Shown: positions 1 through 12,149 of the stretch, one piece after another
Position numbering within the stretch: position 1 is the first letter of the stretch
How the letters are laid out: every line of letters starts with the position of its first letter
Source: Octopus vulgaris
Taxonomy: Eukaryota
NCBI GenBank assembly: GCA_951406725.2
Contig: OX597816.1
Location: forward strand, 157,480,001 to 157,544,000
Length of the DNA: 64,000 bases
Direction of reading: 5' to 3'
Program-made: the position numbers and the translations under genes
The notes under the pieces: generated by a model
What the model saw: the letters and a program-made list of their open reading frames with translations, nothing else
What the model was told of the DNA's origin: nothing
Databases searched by the model: none

Positions 1-137
1 CCAGGACAACAGACTTCTTTACTAAAATAAGTTCCAGGTGTAATTAATGATTGGTAAACTTACTGACTGAAACACTGTGTCAAGGACACGAAAGAAAAAT
101 TACAAAGTGATATATAATAGAAACGGTGAATAATTAC

Positions 138-278
138 CATATCTAGTTTTTGCTGTATGATCTGTTATGGGTCCTGCATCTTTTGAGGAAGGAGGGAGTG
201 AACGTTTCCATACATAACCTGTACCATTGATTGCCATGCTACAATTATTGCTCTCAAAGGAGCAATATAATTCAGCAG
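138..278 (-). CDS. Host gene exon: N-terminal part of MAM domain (gene continues beyond window)
   Basis: tctttttgcag|CT GCT...AGA TAT G|gtaatt; 141 nt, phase 1 to 1; AELYCSFESNNCSMAINGTGYVWKRSLPPSSKDAGPITDHTAKTRY has MAM hallmarks C-x-F-E-x3-C, W-x-R and GP-x2-DHT. Confidence 0.87.
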
Positions 279-413
279 CTGCAAAAAGACATATATAAAA
301 CATTATCCAATTTACTTATATTTTATGAAGAAATACAAAAACCAAAATATTATTTTATTCATCTGTTTAAAAGCTAAATTATTCATGTAATTTTAAAAGT
401 TAAAATAGAATGA

Positions 414-472
<59 letters not shown>

Positions 473-1194
473 GTATGTGTGTGTGTATACATATGTGAAT
501 TTTTGTATTAAATGTATTTAATATTTTTTTTCTATTGGCTTGCCTAACTTGCTTGTCCTTATATTTAATCCTCTACCTGCTCAAGTTCAAATTACTTGAG
601 TACTACAAAATGTATTCCATACAGAGAATTCATGCCTCTGCTAATCTATCAATGGTGTACGTATTTATGTGGTAATCAACTGATGTACCGGTGAATTGCA
701 TGTTTTACACACACATTTGAAGGAATTCTTTTCCTTATGCAAATAGACTCACAAGCATGCACACACACACACACACACATTTGTATACAGATATGTGTGT
801 GTGTGTGTGTATGTGTGTGTGTGTGTGTATAGATATAAAATCAAAATGAGCAACAAGAATATGTTACTTATTTTGATTCTAACCACCTTATTTTGAAATT
901 GTATGGATAATACTGTACTAAATTCTAGTGCCTCAACTTAAGCACCATATTCATCTGAATCTAAATTTTTACTATACATAGGAGGCGGTCGAAAAAGCCA
1001 GCTTCTATATATGGCTGAAGCGGGAAGACCGAAAATGGCTTGAAAGTCATAAACACGCTGACGGGAAATTACATCATTAGGTGAGACAAGCTGACTGACA
1101 GGTGACGGTCGTTTAGAAAAAGCGCGGGCTAAAACCACGCGCCTCCACTAGTCAGTTAAGGTGAGACAGTGTCACGTGAAAACTTGCTGGGCTG

Positions 1195-1860
1195 CCAGGC
1201 AGAAACGATGGAGCGGCCAGGGTAGTTGGGTTTATGTATTCTGGGGAGGAAATAGATGGTGGAGGTCCGGGGTGTTCGGACGATGAGGTTGGTGGCGGTG
1301 GGGGGGGAGGGAGCAGAAGAGGATATGAGGTCGTGAACGGTGGAGGACACTCGCTGTTGGTAGGAGGAGGTGGGGGTCGGAGGGGAGCAAGCGATAGAAG
1401 AGGGGATTTTGAAGTTGGCTGAGCGCTTTTTCTCTGTATAGGTCTGCACGCCACACCACCACTACTCCGCCTTTGTCTGCCGGTCTGATGACAATGTCGT
1501 TGCGGCAACAGAGGTTGCGACGGGCAATCGATTCAGCACGGGTGAGGTTGGCTGGGAGGGATCTTTTTTTGAAATTGAATCAGTTGACCAACACATTGCA
1601 CGAACAATCTAGGCTACTGAATTGTGGGGTGTGGAGGGGTCTGTGGAGGATGTAGGGGGAAGGTCGTGGTGGATGCGAGATTGGAGGGAGTCAGGGGAGC
1701 TAAAGGGGAGGGTGTAGGGATGTGGGAGGGGAAGGAGGAGAAGGGTTGAGCAGGTGGTGGAGTTTTTTGTTTTTTGTGTGTGTGAGGAAATTGTGGAGTT
1801 GGTGGTTGAGATTAAGAATGAAGCGGAGAGTGGGTTGGGTGAAGGGTGGGGGGAAGAGAT
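1195..1860 (-). mobile_element. Penelope-like element internal fragment (same family as 55380-58333)
   Basis: Translations VVWRADLYREKALSQLQNPLFY and YFLPRIHKPNYPGRSIVS are nearly identical to the Penelope RT at 56700-57030. Confidence 0.85.
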
Positions 1861-1989
1861 AATAGTGTCATTGAGAACCAAAGGTGTCAGGTAATGCTGA
1901 ATAAGTGCTATAGACAGACCATAGTTAAGTTCCAGATTCGGTAATTTTGTGAATAAGGGGTTCAACGTTGGTTCTATGTCAGCGTGTGT

Positions 1990-3445
1990 ATATAAGAATT
2001 TTTTCGCGTAATAAGATAAAAAAAAAACCAAGGCTGTGTAGATATTAGAGCATTTATAGAGAGAAGGTCTTACAGCTGTTTCTAAGATATTTATTAATTA
2101 TACCCCTTCATCGGAGACGGTATGAGAGGATAGTTAAGTCAAAGTTAGTTTAGATGTGATATAAAATAGAGAGTGAGTGGAGGAAAGAAAATAGATGCAA
2201 GATATGTATGGATATTGAAGTTGTAAATCCATATTTTTAGGCATCATGGTATACATGCAATATTTCAATATCCTATGAGTAAAGTCCAAAAGTCCAACTG
2301 AGTTTAATATGAGTCCTTCCAAATATAGAGTTTATAAGCAATGTAAGATCCCTTATGAGTGAGATCCAGCAGATTTTTAAACTTGGTAATTCCCTGTAGA
2401 GAATTTATATACAGTGTTGCAGAGTCAAAGGTTTTCATTTAAAGTGACCAAAAAATAGGGAGTGTATTAGTATAGTCAAATCAAAAACAGGAAGAGAGGA
2501 GTGAAGAAAGAGATAAAAAAAGAGAAGAGACAGAAAAAATGAGAGAGAAAAAAGAGAAAAAATAAAAACCCCGAAGGGAGGGATAAAGGGAATAAAGAAA
2601 AATGAATATATAGATCAGTCAGTGATCAATGGAGATAATTTGAAAGTAGGAGTGGGGATATGAAGGGTGAAAGAGAGAGAAAGGTATTATAGTGTAAAAA
2701 GATAGAAGGAATGACAAATGTGTAGTAGTAGAGTCTAAGTGTAGGGGTAGATATATGGGGTTAGTAGTATGAAGAATTAAGGAATTTATATGTTTAGCCG
2801 TTCGGTACTTAGTAATATGAGAAAATATATATGTGAAGATGAATATACATGTATATCTCAGACAAGTTACACAGACAATCCTTACTCGCATGCATATGCA
2901 CTCATGCACGCCCGCTTATACATTCATCTGCATGTAACATCACCCCTGTATCTGTAGGTATATATACCTTACATGCGTACGTATATTTACACATACCCAC
3001 ATACATGCATATACGCATACCCTCACTCATACATATACACGTACACATGGGTGTATGCACATACATACGAATATAATCAGATGGTTGTATATGTGAGGAA
3101 CTAGATAGGGATTAGGAGTTAGAGTGTAAGTTTATAAGGTTATTGGGACTACCTAAGGAGTATTGTGGAAATGTACAGTATGGGCATTCTGGCATTTGAA
3201 TTTGTGATAAATTTGTGATAAATTTGTGATAAATATGGACCATGATAGAGTATAGGGTATATTTGTATTTTTGAGATGATGTATGTGATTGGCGAGTGTT
3301 GTAAATTTACTATGTTTCTCGTATCTAAAAGAATGGACATGAGTGGCATACCGTTGCTTAACATTTTTTGTTGATCCTATGTATATGGCTGTAGAGTTGT
3401 GTAATAGATTAAGGACCGTGCATTTGTAAAAGATACGCAAATAAT
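1990..3445 (-). mobile_element. 3' part of a second Penelope-like family: degraded GIY-YIG endonuclease plus 3' UTR/pseudo-LTR
   Basis: ORF 3153-3440 IFYKCTV...IYIGSTKNVKQRYATHVHSF...TTLANHIHHLK...WSI is a PLE-type GIY-YIG. Segment 1990-2420 is homologous to 17860-18235 and carries a hammerhead-like motif. Confidence 0.75.
2067..2118 (-). ncRNA. Minimal hammerhead ribozyme-like motif
   Basis: GUCU-CCGAUGA-AGGGGUAU..AUAUCUUA-GAAACAGCUGUA-AGAC: stem I GUCU/AGAC, palindromic stem III ACAGCUGU, U4C core variant. Confidence 0.65.
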
Positions 3446-3468
3446 TATTTTATATCTATATCTATCTA

Positions 3469-3526
<58 letters not shown>

Positions 3527-4307
3527 CAAATAATACTGAAGACGTCATAAACGTTATATATGTTTTGTATGTCCATCTTCAATGCGCATTAAAAGAATTA
3601 GTATACAATGAAAGATTTGTGATAACACTATTGTTAGAAATATCATGTTTGATATAATTTTAATGCTAAGAATTAAATATTACAAAAATTAACAATGTGG
3701 TTTTTCAATATTATATATATCTAGCATCCTTTCAATGCTGGTACCATATCTTTCATTGATGTTCAGAAGTCGTTCTAATTAATATACAACACTTCGCTCT
3801 TGATTTCATTTAGCAGAGCTGGTGCTATCGTCAGCATTCAGTGCTATCATCAGCATATCGTCATACATTCAGTCTCTGCCTTAACTATTTAAATTTTTCC
3901 CTGCACTGATCTACAGATTTTCGGGGCGAAAATAGAACTCGATCACCATAAATCTTACAAGTCATTGAAGGTCTTCAGAGTTCATGAGCACCTTTTCTAC
4001 CTACTATCTATCTCATGTAATTAGAAAAAATAAATATGTTGTATGTTGATCTACATTACAATTATAAATATAAACATGAGCAGTAGCCTAGTGTAGTTGT
4101 TGAGTGCTTTGTTGGCTTACGCCGTCTAATTCCGTTATTCTGGTGGCAAAAGAGACAACTGTGATTGGGTAGGGTGCGGCATACTCCAACAGAAACTAGA
4201 ACTATGACTATCGCAGTGTTTCTCCAGATTTGTACAAAAAGAACGTATAACGATTTATTGGAATGAGAGAGAAGATATCAAAATGAAGTGTTAATATCTG
4301 TACTCAC

Positions 4308-4465
4308 GATTTGCCATGCATTTCACCACAAGCTTCGTGGAGCAATATTGATAACTTGACAGATATGGGTTATAACAACCCATTATGGAGTTCTCATCAC
4401 CTCTGCAAGCTTTCCCATTCATGAAGGCTGGTATTTTCGAATTACTTTTTGAGTAATAATTATAT
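4308..4465 (-). CDS. Host gene exon: C-terminal half of SRCR domain
   Basis: tttacctttcag|A TAT...GCA AAT C|gtgagta; 158 nt, phase 2 to 1; YNYYSKSNSKIPAFMNGKACRGDENSIMGCYNPYLSSYQYCSTKLVVKCMAN has SRCR C-x-G-x-E-x-S-x3-C...C...V-x-C. Confidence 0.88.
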
Positions 4466-4864
4466 CTGAAAGGTAAATATAACAATGCAATAATCCATAT
4501 AGATGTACATATTCCATTCTCTACAAATCAATGTAATGCTACTCAAGAACACGGTGCTATTTTTGTTTGCATTTCTCGACAGTAATGCTCATAATGCTTT
4601 ACTGAATACTAAGATAATAATGGTTTCTGACATATGACATGAAAGAAATTCTGTATATACGTAAATTTTATATGCACCTCATATTAAAAACATTTCTACA
4701 AACATTTAACCAACATCCTATGCTTTGACGAATATAAACGACACGTCTATGTATGTATGTATGTATGTATGTATGTATGTATGTATGTATGTATGTATGT
4801 ATGTATCATGCCTGTCTCTTTGTATGTTTATCTATGAATCGAACTAGCTCCCTTATTGTCTGCA

Positions 4865-4884
<20 letters not shown>

Positions 4885-4899
<15 letters not shown>

Positions 4900-6097
4900 T
4901 GGGAATGTGTGTCTGTCTGTCTGTCTGTGTGTTTCCCTAAAACTTGAGAACTACACAACCAATTTCATTCAAATTTTACATATGCCTTACTTAGGGTCCG
5001 GGGAGTGTCATCGGCAAAAAGAATTTTTAACTTTTTGCCTAGGATGAGCCCACAGCAATATCATAGGCAAAAAGGCAATATTATATATATATTATATTAT
5101 ATTACGATTCCCTAAAACTTGAGAACTATACAACCATTTTCATTCAAATTTTACACATGCCTTACTTAGAGTTCATGTAGTTTCATGGACAAAAAGACGT
5201 TCAACTTCTTGCCTAGTGCGAGCCCATAGCAATATCATATCTTCTCCACTATTTCAGTATTACGTGTTAAAAGTGAAACAAAAACATTTCTCTATTTTAT
5301 GTCAGATACTTTCACTTTAACAATAAAAATAATAATAATAACAATTGAATTATATGTAGTAAGTAATAATTAAAATCAAACTAAAGTATAATATAATCAT
5401 AACATAACAAAAGTAAAAATAGCAATTGGTATAAAATTGCATCAATGACTTGAACTTGAATAAGTGGTTTGACATGAATGGGAATAAATTAAAAATAAAA
5501 TTAGCGTGCAGAAATGGAATAGTCCAGATGGATAATAAAAAATTAAATTAAAGAAAAGACTATTGTCTATAAAGTATACAATATAGAGAAAAAAAGATTT
5601 GAACACCTGGAGGAAAGCACCATCGAAAAGTGTCTTGGTGCGACTATGAAAGATATCTAACCAGAGGCGGTAAATTCGCCACAATAGAAGCAAGTTTCGA
5701 GTCAACGGAACGTGCAACGAGTACTCGACTCGAACTTGCAAAGTGGAAATATTATATTTTTACCTTTATATCTGGGACGTAGGACGTCCCGGATAAAAAT
5801 TAAAAATGTCCCCCCAGAAGTAGAGGTAGGCTGGATTGTAGCCACACTTCTTTCCAAGAAGGAGGACAAGATACTATTGATCGAAATTGCAAGAGACGGG
5901 TTAACAATTCCAGTCTGTTATATATTTTGAGTATTGTTATCACTAGCGATATCAAGATATAACTTTGTATTTTGTATTTTATGTGTAGATGTATATATAT
6001 ATATATATAGATATACATGTAATGTGTACATATATATATATACACATATATACATGCACTAGTACTATAACCCGGCAACGACGGGTCATAATGCTAG
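4885..6097 (+). mobile_element. Non-autonomous Helitron-like unit 1 of a head-to-tail array
   Basis: 5' (TA)n-AAAACTGGGAATGTGTGTCTGTCTG head with internally repeated ccctaaaacttgagaact modules; 3' GC-rich hairpin (acccg-gcaacga-cgggt) followed by CTAG at 6094-6097. Confidence 0.7.
5700..5900 (+). pseudogene. Diverged remnant of the same gag/ORF1-like family
   Basis: IFLPLYLGRRTSRIKIKNVPPEVEVGWIVATL aligns with VFLLPSYLGRKTTRMRVEGIPPNVDEEWIVAAV (ORF at 7762). Upstream 5330-5500 is also homologous to 6850-7040. Confidence 0.7.
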
Positions 6098-7385
6098 TCT
6101 ATATATAAAACTGAGAATATGTGTCTGTCTGTCTGTGTGTTTCCCTAAAACTTGAGAACTACACAACTAATTTCATTCAAATTTTATACATGCCTTACTT
6201 AGGGTCCGGGAAGTGTCATCGGCAAAAAGAATTTTTAACTTTTTGCCTAGGATGAGCCCACAGCAATATCATATCTTCTCCTCTCTGATTCCCTAAAACT
6301 TGAGAACTACACAAACAATTTCATTCAAATATTACACATGCCTTACTTAGGGTCCATGTAGTGTCATGGGCAAAACAAATGTTTAACTTCTTGCCTAGAG
6401 CGAGCCCACAGCAATATCATATCTTCTCCGCTATTTCAGTATTACGTGTTAAAAGTGAAACAAAAACATCTCTCTATTGTATGTATATGGATGTGTATAT
6501 ATATATATATATATTACAAAATATAAAGTTATATCTTGAGATCGTTAGTGACAACAAGGCTCAAAATATATAACAGACTGGAATAGTAGTGCTCAAATGA
6601 GCTGTATACACTTATTAATCCGAGGGGAGGCAATGCGAGCAGCAACTACAAGAGCACTACAAAATCCACAGAAAGATCAAACACATAAATATATTCATAT
6701 ATTCATTGATATCTACAGAACAGACATAAAGCCCGACGTTTAGAAATATATAGTAATATATAAACATCATATAAAAATATATTGTGCGCATAAGATCCAC
6801 TCGACGTTCCATAAGAAATTTAGAAATAAAAATTGCAATAAAAGTTAGAGGTAATAATAACAATTGAATTAAATATAGTAAATATAGTAAGTAGTAATTA
6901 GGTATATTTTATTTTATTAAAATGGTAATTAAATCGTAGTATAACAATTAAAAGAAAAAATAGCAATCAGTATAAAATGTATCAAGGACTTGAACTCGAA
7001 TATGTGGCTTTGCATGAATGGGAGAAACTAAAAGATGAAAAATTTAATTGAGTGAATTAGTCCAGTTGGAGATGTGCGCATACCATTTAAAATAGCTGCT
7101 AGATCGAATTATATGCTTATAAAGTAGCATTCAGTATCTATGAGAATTTTGGAGAGTACGTAAAGTCTGCTCTTTCGCATGTAGCAGGTACGTAATTGTG
7201 CATTTGTTTCCGTGTACTATGTGTTGTGTGTTATTGTGCTTCTTATTTGAACCTGTGAGTTGCTGTTTAATTGTTAATTTTTATCGTTAAACGTTATTGT
7301 TGCACGTTTTTTTTTTGTTTTTTGTCTGTCTGTGTTGAGACAGACAAAGAAGGAGTCGGCTGCCCCCCCCCCCCCTAAGGGAGAG

Positions 7386-8707
7386 ATGGCCAGACGAAGT
7401 ATGTTCGAAAGTGTGTCGGATTTGTCGACTTCTGAAGAAGAACTTGAAAAGGCGATAAAGAAAATGGACAAGCAATTAGGCAACACATACGCAGGAGCGA
7501 CAAGAACGGAGGAAAGAGAAATAGATTTGGCCAAGTTGCCAAGCTACCAGGCATTTATTAAAAAGGTCGGCGGTGAAGTGGAGTTGTCACCGCCACCAAA
7601 ACGAAGAGAGTGGCATGAACGAAGGACCATCACGTACCGGGTTTATGCCAATGAAAAATAGGAAACAGAAGTCGTCAGTATGGAGACAATAGTAGAAGCA
7701 TTAAAAAGAACGGAAGAAGACTTAATATTCTTGGCGGCAAGAGGCATAAAATTTCGGTACCGTGGTGGTCCAATTCAAGAATGAAAGTGTGGCGAGGAAA
7801 ATGGCAGCGAGAACGGTGAAGACAGAAAAGGTGTTCCTTCTGCCCTCATATCTGGGTAGAAAAACTACTCGGATGAGGGTGGAGGGGATACCTCCCAATG
7901 TTGACGAAGAGTGGATAGTGGCAGCCGTAATCAATGGATGTGAGGAAGAAGTTGACATCCTCCATGCTACAGTGAAAGATGAAGGCTGGAAGGGTACAGT
8001 TTTGGAACTAAACGTGCAAGCAGAGGCTGAAATATTGGAACAATTGCCTGAGAATATCAGAATGGGAAGTGTTATTATGAGAGTGTGGGTGGAGGGCAGA
8101 GCTCCACGCTGCTACAAGTGTGGCCTGAAAGGTCACATAAGAGCTAACTGCCCTCCCCCATCAAAGTAAATTGATGTGGAACCTCAAAGAGAGGTAGTGG
8201 CCAACGAGGAAGAGCAGAAATCAACAGAGAAAGACACACCGGAAGAGGAGGAGGTACAAAAAGAATGGGAAGAAGGCAGAAGAAGGAGGAAGAGAAGAAG
8301 GAAAAAAATAAATAGTGCTGAACCCCAATCCACCCCAACACCACTCACACCCTCTGAGACCCACCCTTCCCCTGCAGACAGTGAACCTACCCGCTCCCCA
8401 CCAACAAGAAAACAAAAAAAAGAAACAAACACAAGATACCGCAAAAAAACCTGGGCCCAATTTTCTAGGTATTTCGACGAAAAAAGACGTAAAAGAAATA
8501 TTGAAAGATTATCACTGGTGTGACAAGGACAGTGATAGGTACGCTGTAATCTCGGAAGAACGTATAGAAGAATTCGTGGGAAAATGTAAAAAGAAAAACT
8601 ATAAATTGTTTAGATTTGAAATAGATGACGAGATGATAACGGAAATGGAAAAGAGATTTGCGATGAAAACAGAGCACAATGTGTATTATATTCAGGATAA
8701 AGTATGA
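7386..8707 (+). pseudogene. Gag/LINE-ORF1-like nucleic-acid-binding protein with CCHC zinc knuckle, disrupted
   Basis: ORF pieces 7332-7661, 7762-8169, 8176-8523 and 8315-8707 join across two in-frame stops and frameshifts. RRM-like FGTVVVQF...RMRVEGIPP, knuckle CYKCGLKGHIRANC, acidic/basic tail. No RT follows. Confidence 0.7.
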
Positions 8708-8890
8708 AGGACAGGTAAGTGATGCTAGCGGATGGGGCCGTTAGCATCACTTTCATTTTTCATTTATCATTTTCATATTTTATTTTCCATATTTATGTAA
8801 TTGTGATGTTTTATGTCTCCAATGTTTGTATTGTCCCCTCTGTGTAGCCCTTTATGGGTAAGAAAGAAACGATGTGTTGTGTGTAAAAAA

Positions 8891-8972
8891 CATCCTGACG
8901 AGGTGTCTGTGAATTTTAAATATACTATATGTTTCATATTAATTGGTGCATCTCCGAAACGGCCCGTAGATG
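8891..8972 (+). ncRNA. Hammerhead ribozyme-like motif with long stem II
   Basis: CAUC-CUGACGA-GG...CC-GAAACGG C CCGUA-GAUG: canonical core, stem I CAUC/GAUG, stem III ACGG/CCGU. Confidence 0.6.
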
Positions 8973-9444
8973 AACTTTTATGTGTTTTTGTAAATTTGTA
9001 TATTTATCTTCTATGTATTTTTCTCTGGAATTTTAATTCGTCTTTTTAATATGTCATTGTATGTTTTATTACCCCAATTTTTTAATTTAACAAATTTATA
9101 CCAAACTAGCACTATGACCCGGCATCACCGGATCATAATGCTAGTATATATATGAAGATGAGAATGTCTGTCTGTCTGTGTGAATCCCTAAAACTTGAGA
9201 ACTACACGACCAATTTCATTCAAATTTTACACATGCCTTTCTTAGGGTCCATGTAGTGTCATAGGCAAATCACATTTTTAACTTCTTGCCTAGTGCGAGC
9301 CCAGAGCAATATCATATATTCTCCACTATTTCAATATTACGTATCAAAAGTAAAACAATAACTTCTCTCTATTTTAATGTCAGATATTTTCACTTTAATA
9401 CTGAAACTATTATCTCACATATATAAGGCATACATACATATATA

Positions 9445-9501
<57 letters not shown>

Positions 9502-9571
9502 TGTACATGTAATATGTACACATATATACACACATATATACATGCATACACTCAAACACACACACACACAT

Positions 9572-9656
<85 letters not shown>

Positions 9657-9925
9657 GGTACAAGTGTGGTTGTGTGGTAAGAAACTTCGTTCCAAAACAG
9701 ATGGTCCTGGGTTCAGTCCCACTGTGTGGAAATGTCTTAATAAGGGTTCTGATGTGGTAATGTTTGCTCTTTAACAACAGATATTTCTTGATGAAGTTCC
9801 AGAGTTCCAGACGGGGCAGTATATTTGTAGCAATGAGGCTTTTTGGAGAATATTTGGTTTTCCTATTCGTGGATGACACCCTCCAATAGAACAATCGTCT
9901 GTTCAATTCCATATTTAAGAGATGG

Positions 9926-10103
9926 GGAATTATGCAAATTATTTACATTATTTACATTATATACATTCGACAGATACTTGTCCTAAACCTGTTTGTTGCT
10001 AACACAACTTTTCGGCTGATATACCCCCTAGCCTTCTTCAGGTGTCTTGGGGAAATTTAGAACCTGGGTTCTCATTGCTAAGGTATTTTCGATGTTGTTG
10101 TTG

Positions 10104-10155
<52 letters not shown>

Positions 10156-11425
10156 TTCTTTCTACACCAAGGGCAGAGAAGCTCATTGTATGCATTCCCA
10201 GATTACACACGCAAATTCACAGGTAAAATATGTATTTAAAAAATTAATAAATAAATAAATTCATGGCTGGATGTTGTTTTCACAGCGATAATGCTCTTCT
10301 CAGTACATGAGCCGTTCCAGTTAACACGATTTTTTGCACTTCTTGTAGGGATGGTAAGCCTGGTATCATTTTCAAATAGGTTTCAGTACCTTTTTTTATA
10401 ATTCCTAGAGATCCTACAATCTCTACTGTAGTCGCCTTGAGATGCCACATTTTTTCAATTTCTATTAGCAAGTCTTTATATTTACTAATCTAGTCAAATT
10501 CTTTCGCCGCTATATTGTGATTGCAAGGGATACTCATGTCAATTAATAAACACATCCTTTTTGTCCGATCTTTTATTATAATATCCGGTTTATTAGCTTT
10601 TATAGTCTTGTCAGTCTGTACGGGGAAGTCCCATAGAATCGACACATTTTCTCCCTCAGTCACAGCTTCAGGATGGTGGTTATACCATTTGTCAGCGGTT
10701 TTGATTTTATAATACCGACATATTGTCCAGTGTAAATACTGGCCGACTCTGTCATGTCTTGCTTTACAGGTGCTAAGACTCTACAACCTGAGATTAGGTG
10801 GTCTATTGTTTCAATCTCATCGTTAGAGAATCGGCATTTTGGGTCTGCTTCATTTTTTATCACATTGGCTTGGTAGTTCCGGGTTAAGAAGCATTGGTCT
10901 TGTTCAGCTAATATGAAACCTTCACTCTCCGCTTTTAGCCCTGAGCTTCGCAACCATTGATGCGTGTGTTTCTGGTCGGCATCAGCTTGTTTGCTACGGG
11001 CCATATACTTGCCTTGCAGAGGTTTCTGTTCCCATCAGCTAGCTAATTTTTCATGTGCTTTTGTCTTTGCAATTAATTTTATTTTCTTTGCAGCAGAAGT
11101 TGGCGCATTTCCTTCAACCTGATCAATCTGGTGGGTATCTAAGAGATAAGCAGCGAATTTTTTGCTCTCTTTCAGAATAGAGTGAAGTTTTTTCGGTCTT
11201 TCATGTTTTTCAACAAGTTTTAATATCCAATCGTTGGTTGCTTCAAGGTATTTGGCCAGTCCGATCATGGTGGTTTTGTACGTAAGTTCAAGCTGGATCA
11301 AACCTCGTCCTTATTATTGTTGTTATTGTAATGATTATTATTATTGTTATTGTTCAGGTCACTTCCAAGCAGTGACCTGAACAATAACAATAATAATAAC
11401 AATAATAATAATAATAATCATAATC

Positions 11426-11480
<55 letters not shown>

Positions 11481-11632
11481 CAACATTGAAAAATACCTTA
11501 GGAATGAGAACCCAAGTTCAAAATTTCCTCAAGACACCTGAAGAAGGCAGGAGGGTATATTAGCCTAAACGTTGTGTTAACAACAAACAAGATGAGGACA
11601 AGTATCCGTCGCATGTAAATAATGTAAATAAT
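9926..11632. mobile_element. Fold-back pair of hammerhead-bearing SINE-like units, left arm interrupted by a Dong/R4 fragment
   Basis: 9926-10150 is the reverse complement of 11370-11632. Symmetry centre ttcaggtcact-tccaagc-agtgacctgaa at about 11353-11381. Hammerhead-like motifs at 10002-10045 (-) and 11534-11577 (+). Confidence 0.75.
10155..11310 (-). mobile_element. 5'-truncated Dong/R4-clade non-LTR retrotransposon (zinc knuckle + RLE region)
   Basis: QWLRSSGLKAESEGFILAEQDQ and EIEKMWHLKATTVEIVGSLG. Flanked by (TTA)n on both sides. Near-identical to 49891-50687. Confidence 0.9.
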
Positions 11633-11874
11633 TGTCTGTTCGTTTAGAGAATGGACAAAGAATGCATTTTACTACTGAATCTGTTGCTCAGCAGACACTT
11701 GCTGCAAGGGAAACTACATTAACAGCATTTGACAGTTATCTTAATATGTGAGAACAAAGAATGCATTCTACTACCGAAACTGCTGCTCAGTATTCCCTTG
11801 CTCCAAGGGAAACTACTTCACAGCCTTTTTCAAATTTTGCCAGACATACTCTTTTACTAGAACCTTATTGTACA

Positions 11875-12065
11875 TCTATACATATAAAGATGAGAATGTG
11901 TTTCTGTCTGTCGGTGTGAATCCCTAAAACTTGAGAACTACACAACCAATTTCATTCAAATTTTACACATGATTTACTTAGGGTCCATGTAGTGTCATAT
12001 TGTAATGTCAGATATTTACACTTTAATACTGAAACTATTAAAGTGAAAATATTATCTCACATATA
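11875..12065 (+). mobile_element. 5' fragment of the same Helitron-like family as 4885-9425
   Basis: a|TCTATACATATAAAGATGAGAATGTG...ccctaaaacttgagaactacacaaccaatttcattc. Confidence 0.65.
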
Positions 12066-12081
12066 TACAGGCACACATACA

Positions 12082-12127
<46 letters not shown>

Positions 12128-12149
12128 ATATAGATATATATATATATAT

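Larger units (their letters stand above)
6098..9144 (+). mobile_element. Helitron-like unit 2 (TC...hairpin-CTAG) carrying gag/ORF1-like cargo
   Basis: Starts TCTATATATAAAACTG directly after the CTAG of unit 1; ends ctagcactatgacccggcatcaccggatcataatgCTAG. A third, truncated unit follows immediately (9145 to about 9425). Confidence 0.7.

Noticed and set aside
1-137. A further MAM exon at the window edge
   Set aside because: No convincing in-phase acceptor with MAM-like translation found.
938-1190. GC-richer segment with a 66-aa ORF
   Set aside because: No recognisable motif or splice pattern; probably an unidentified repeat fragment.
8719-8765. Hairpin plus T-tract resembling a bacterial intrinsic terminator
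   Set aside because: No bacterial gene context; better explained as a retroelement 3' UTR structure.
9377-9912. YIYIYI, VCMY, poly-N/I/L/E/T ORFs here and across the window
   Set aside because: Microsatellite translation artefacts.
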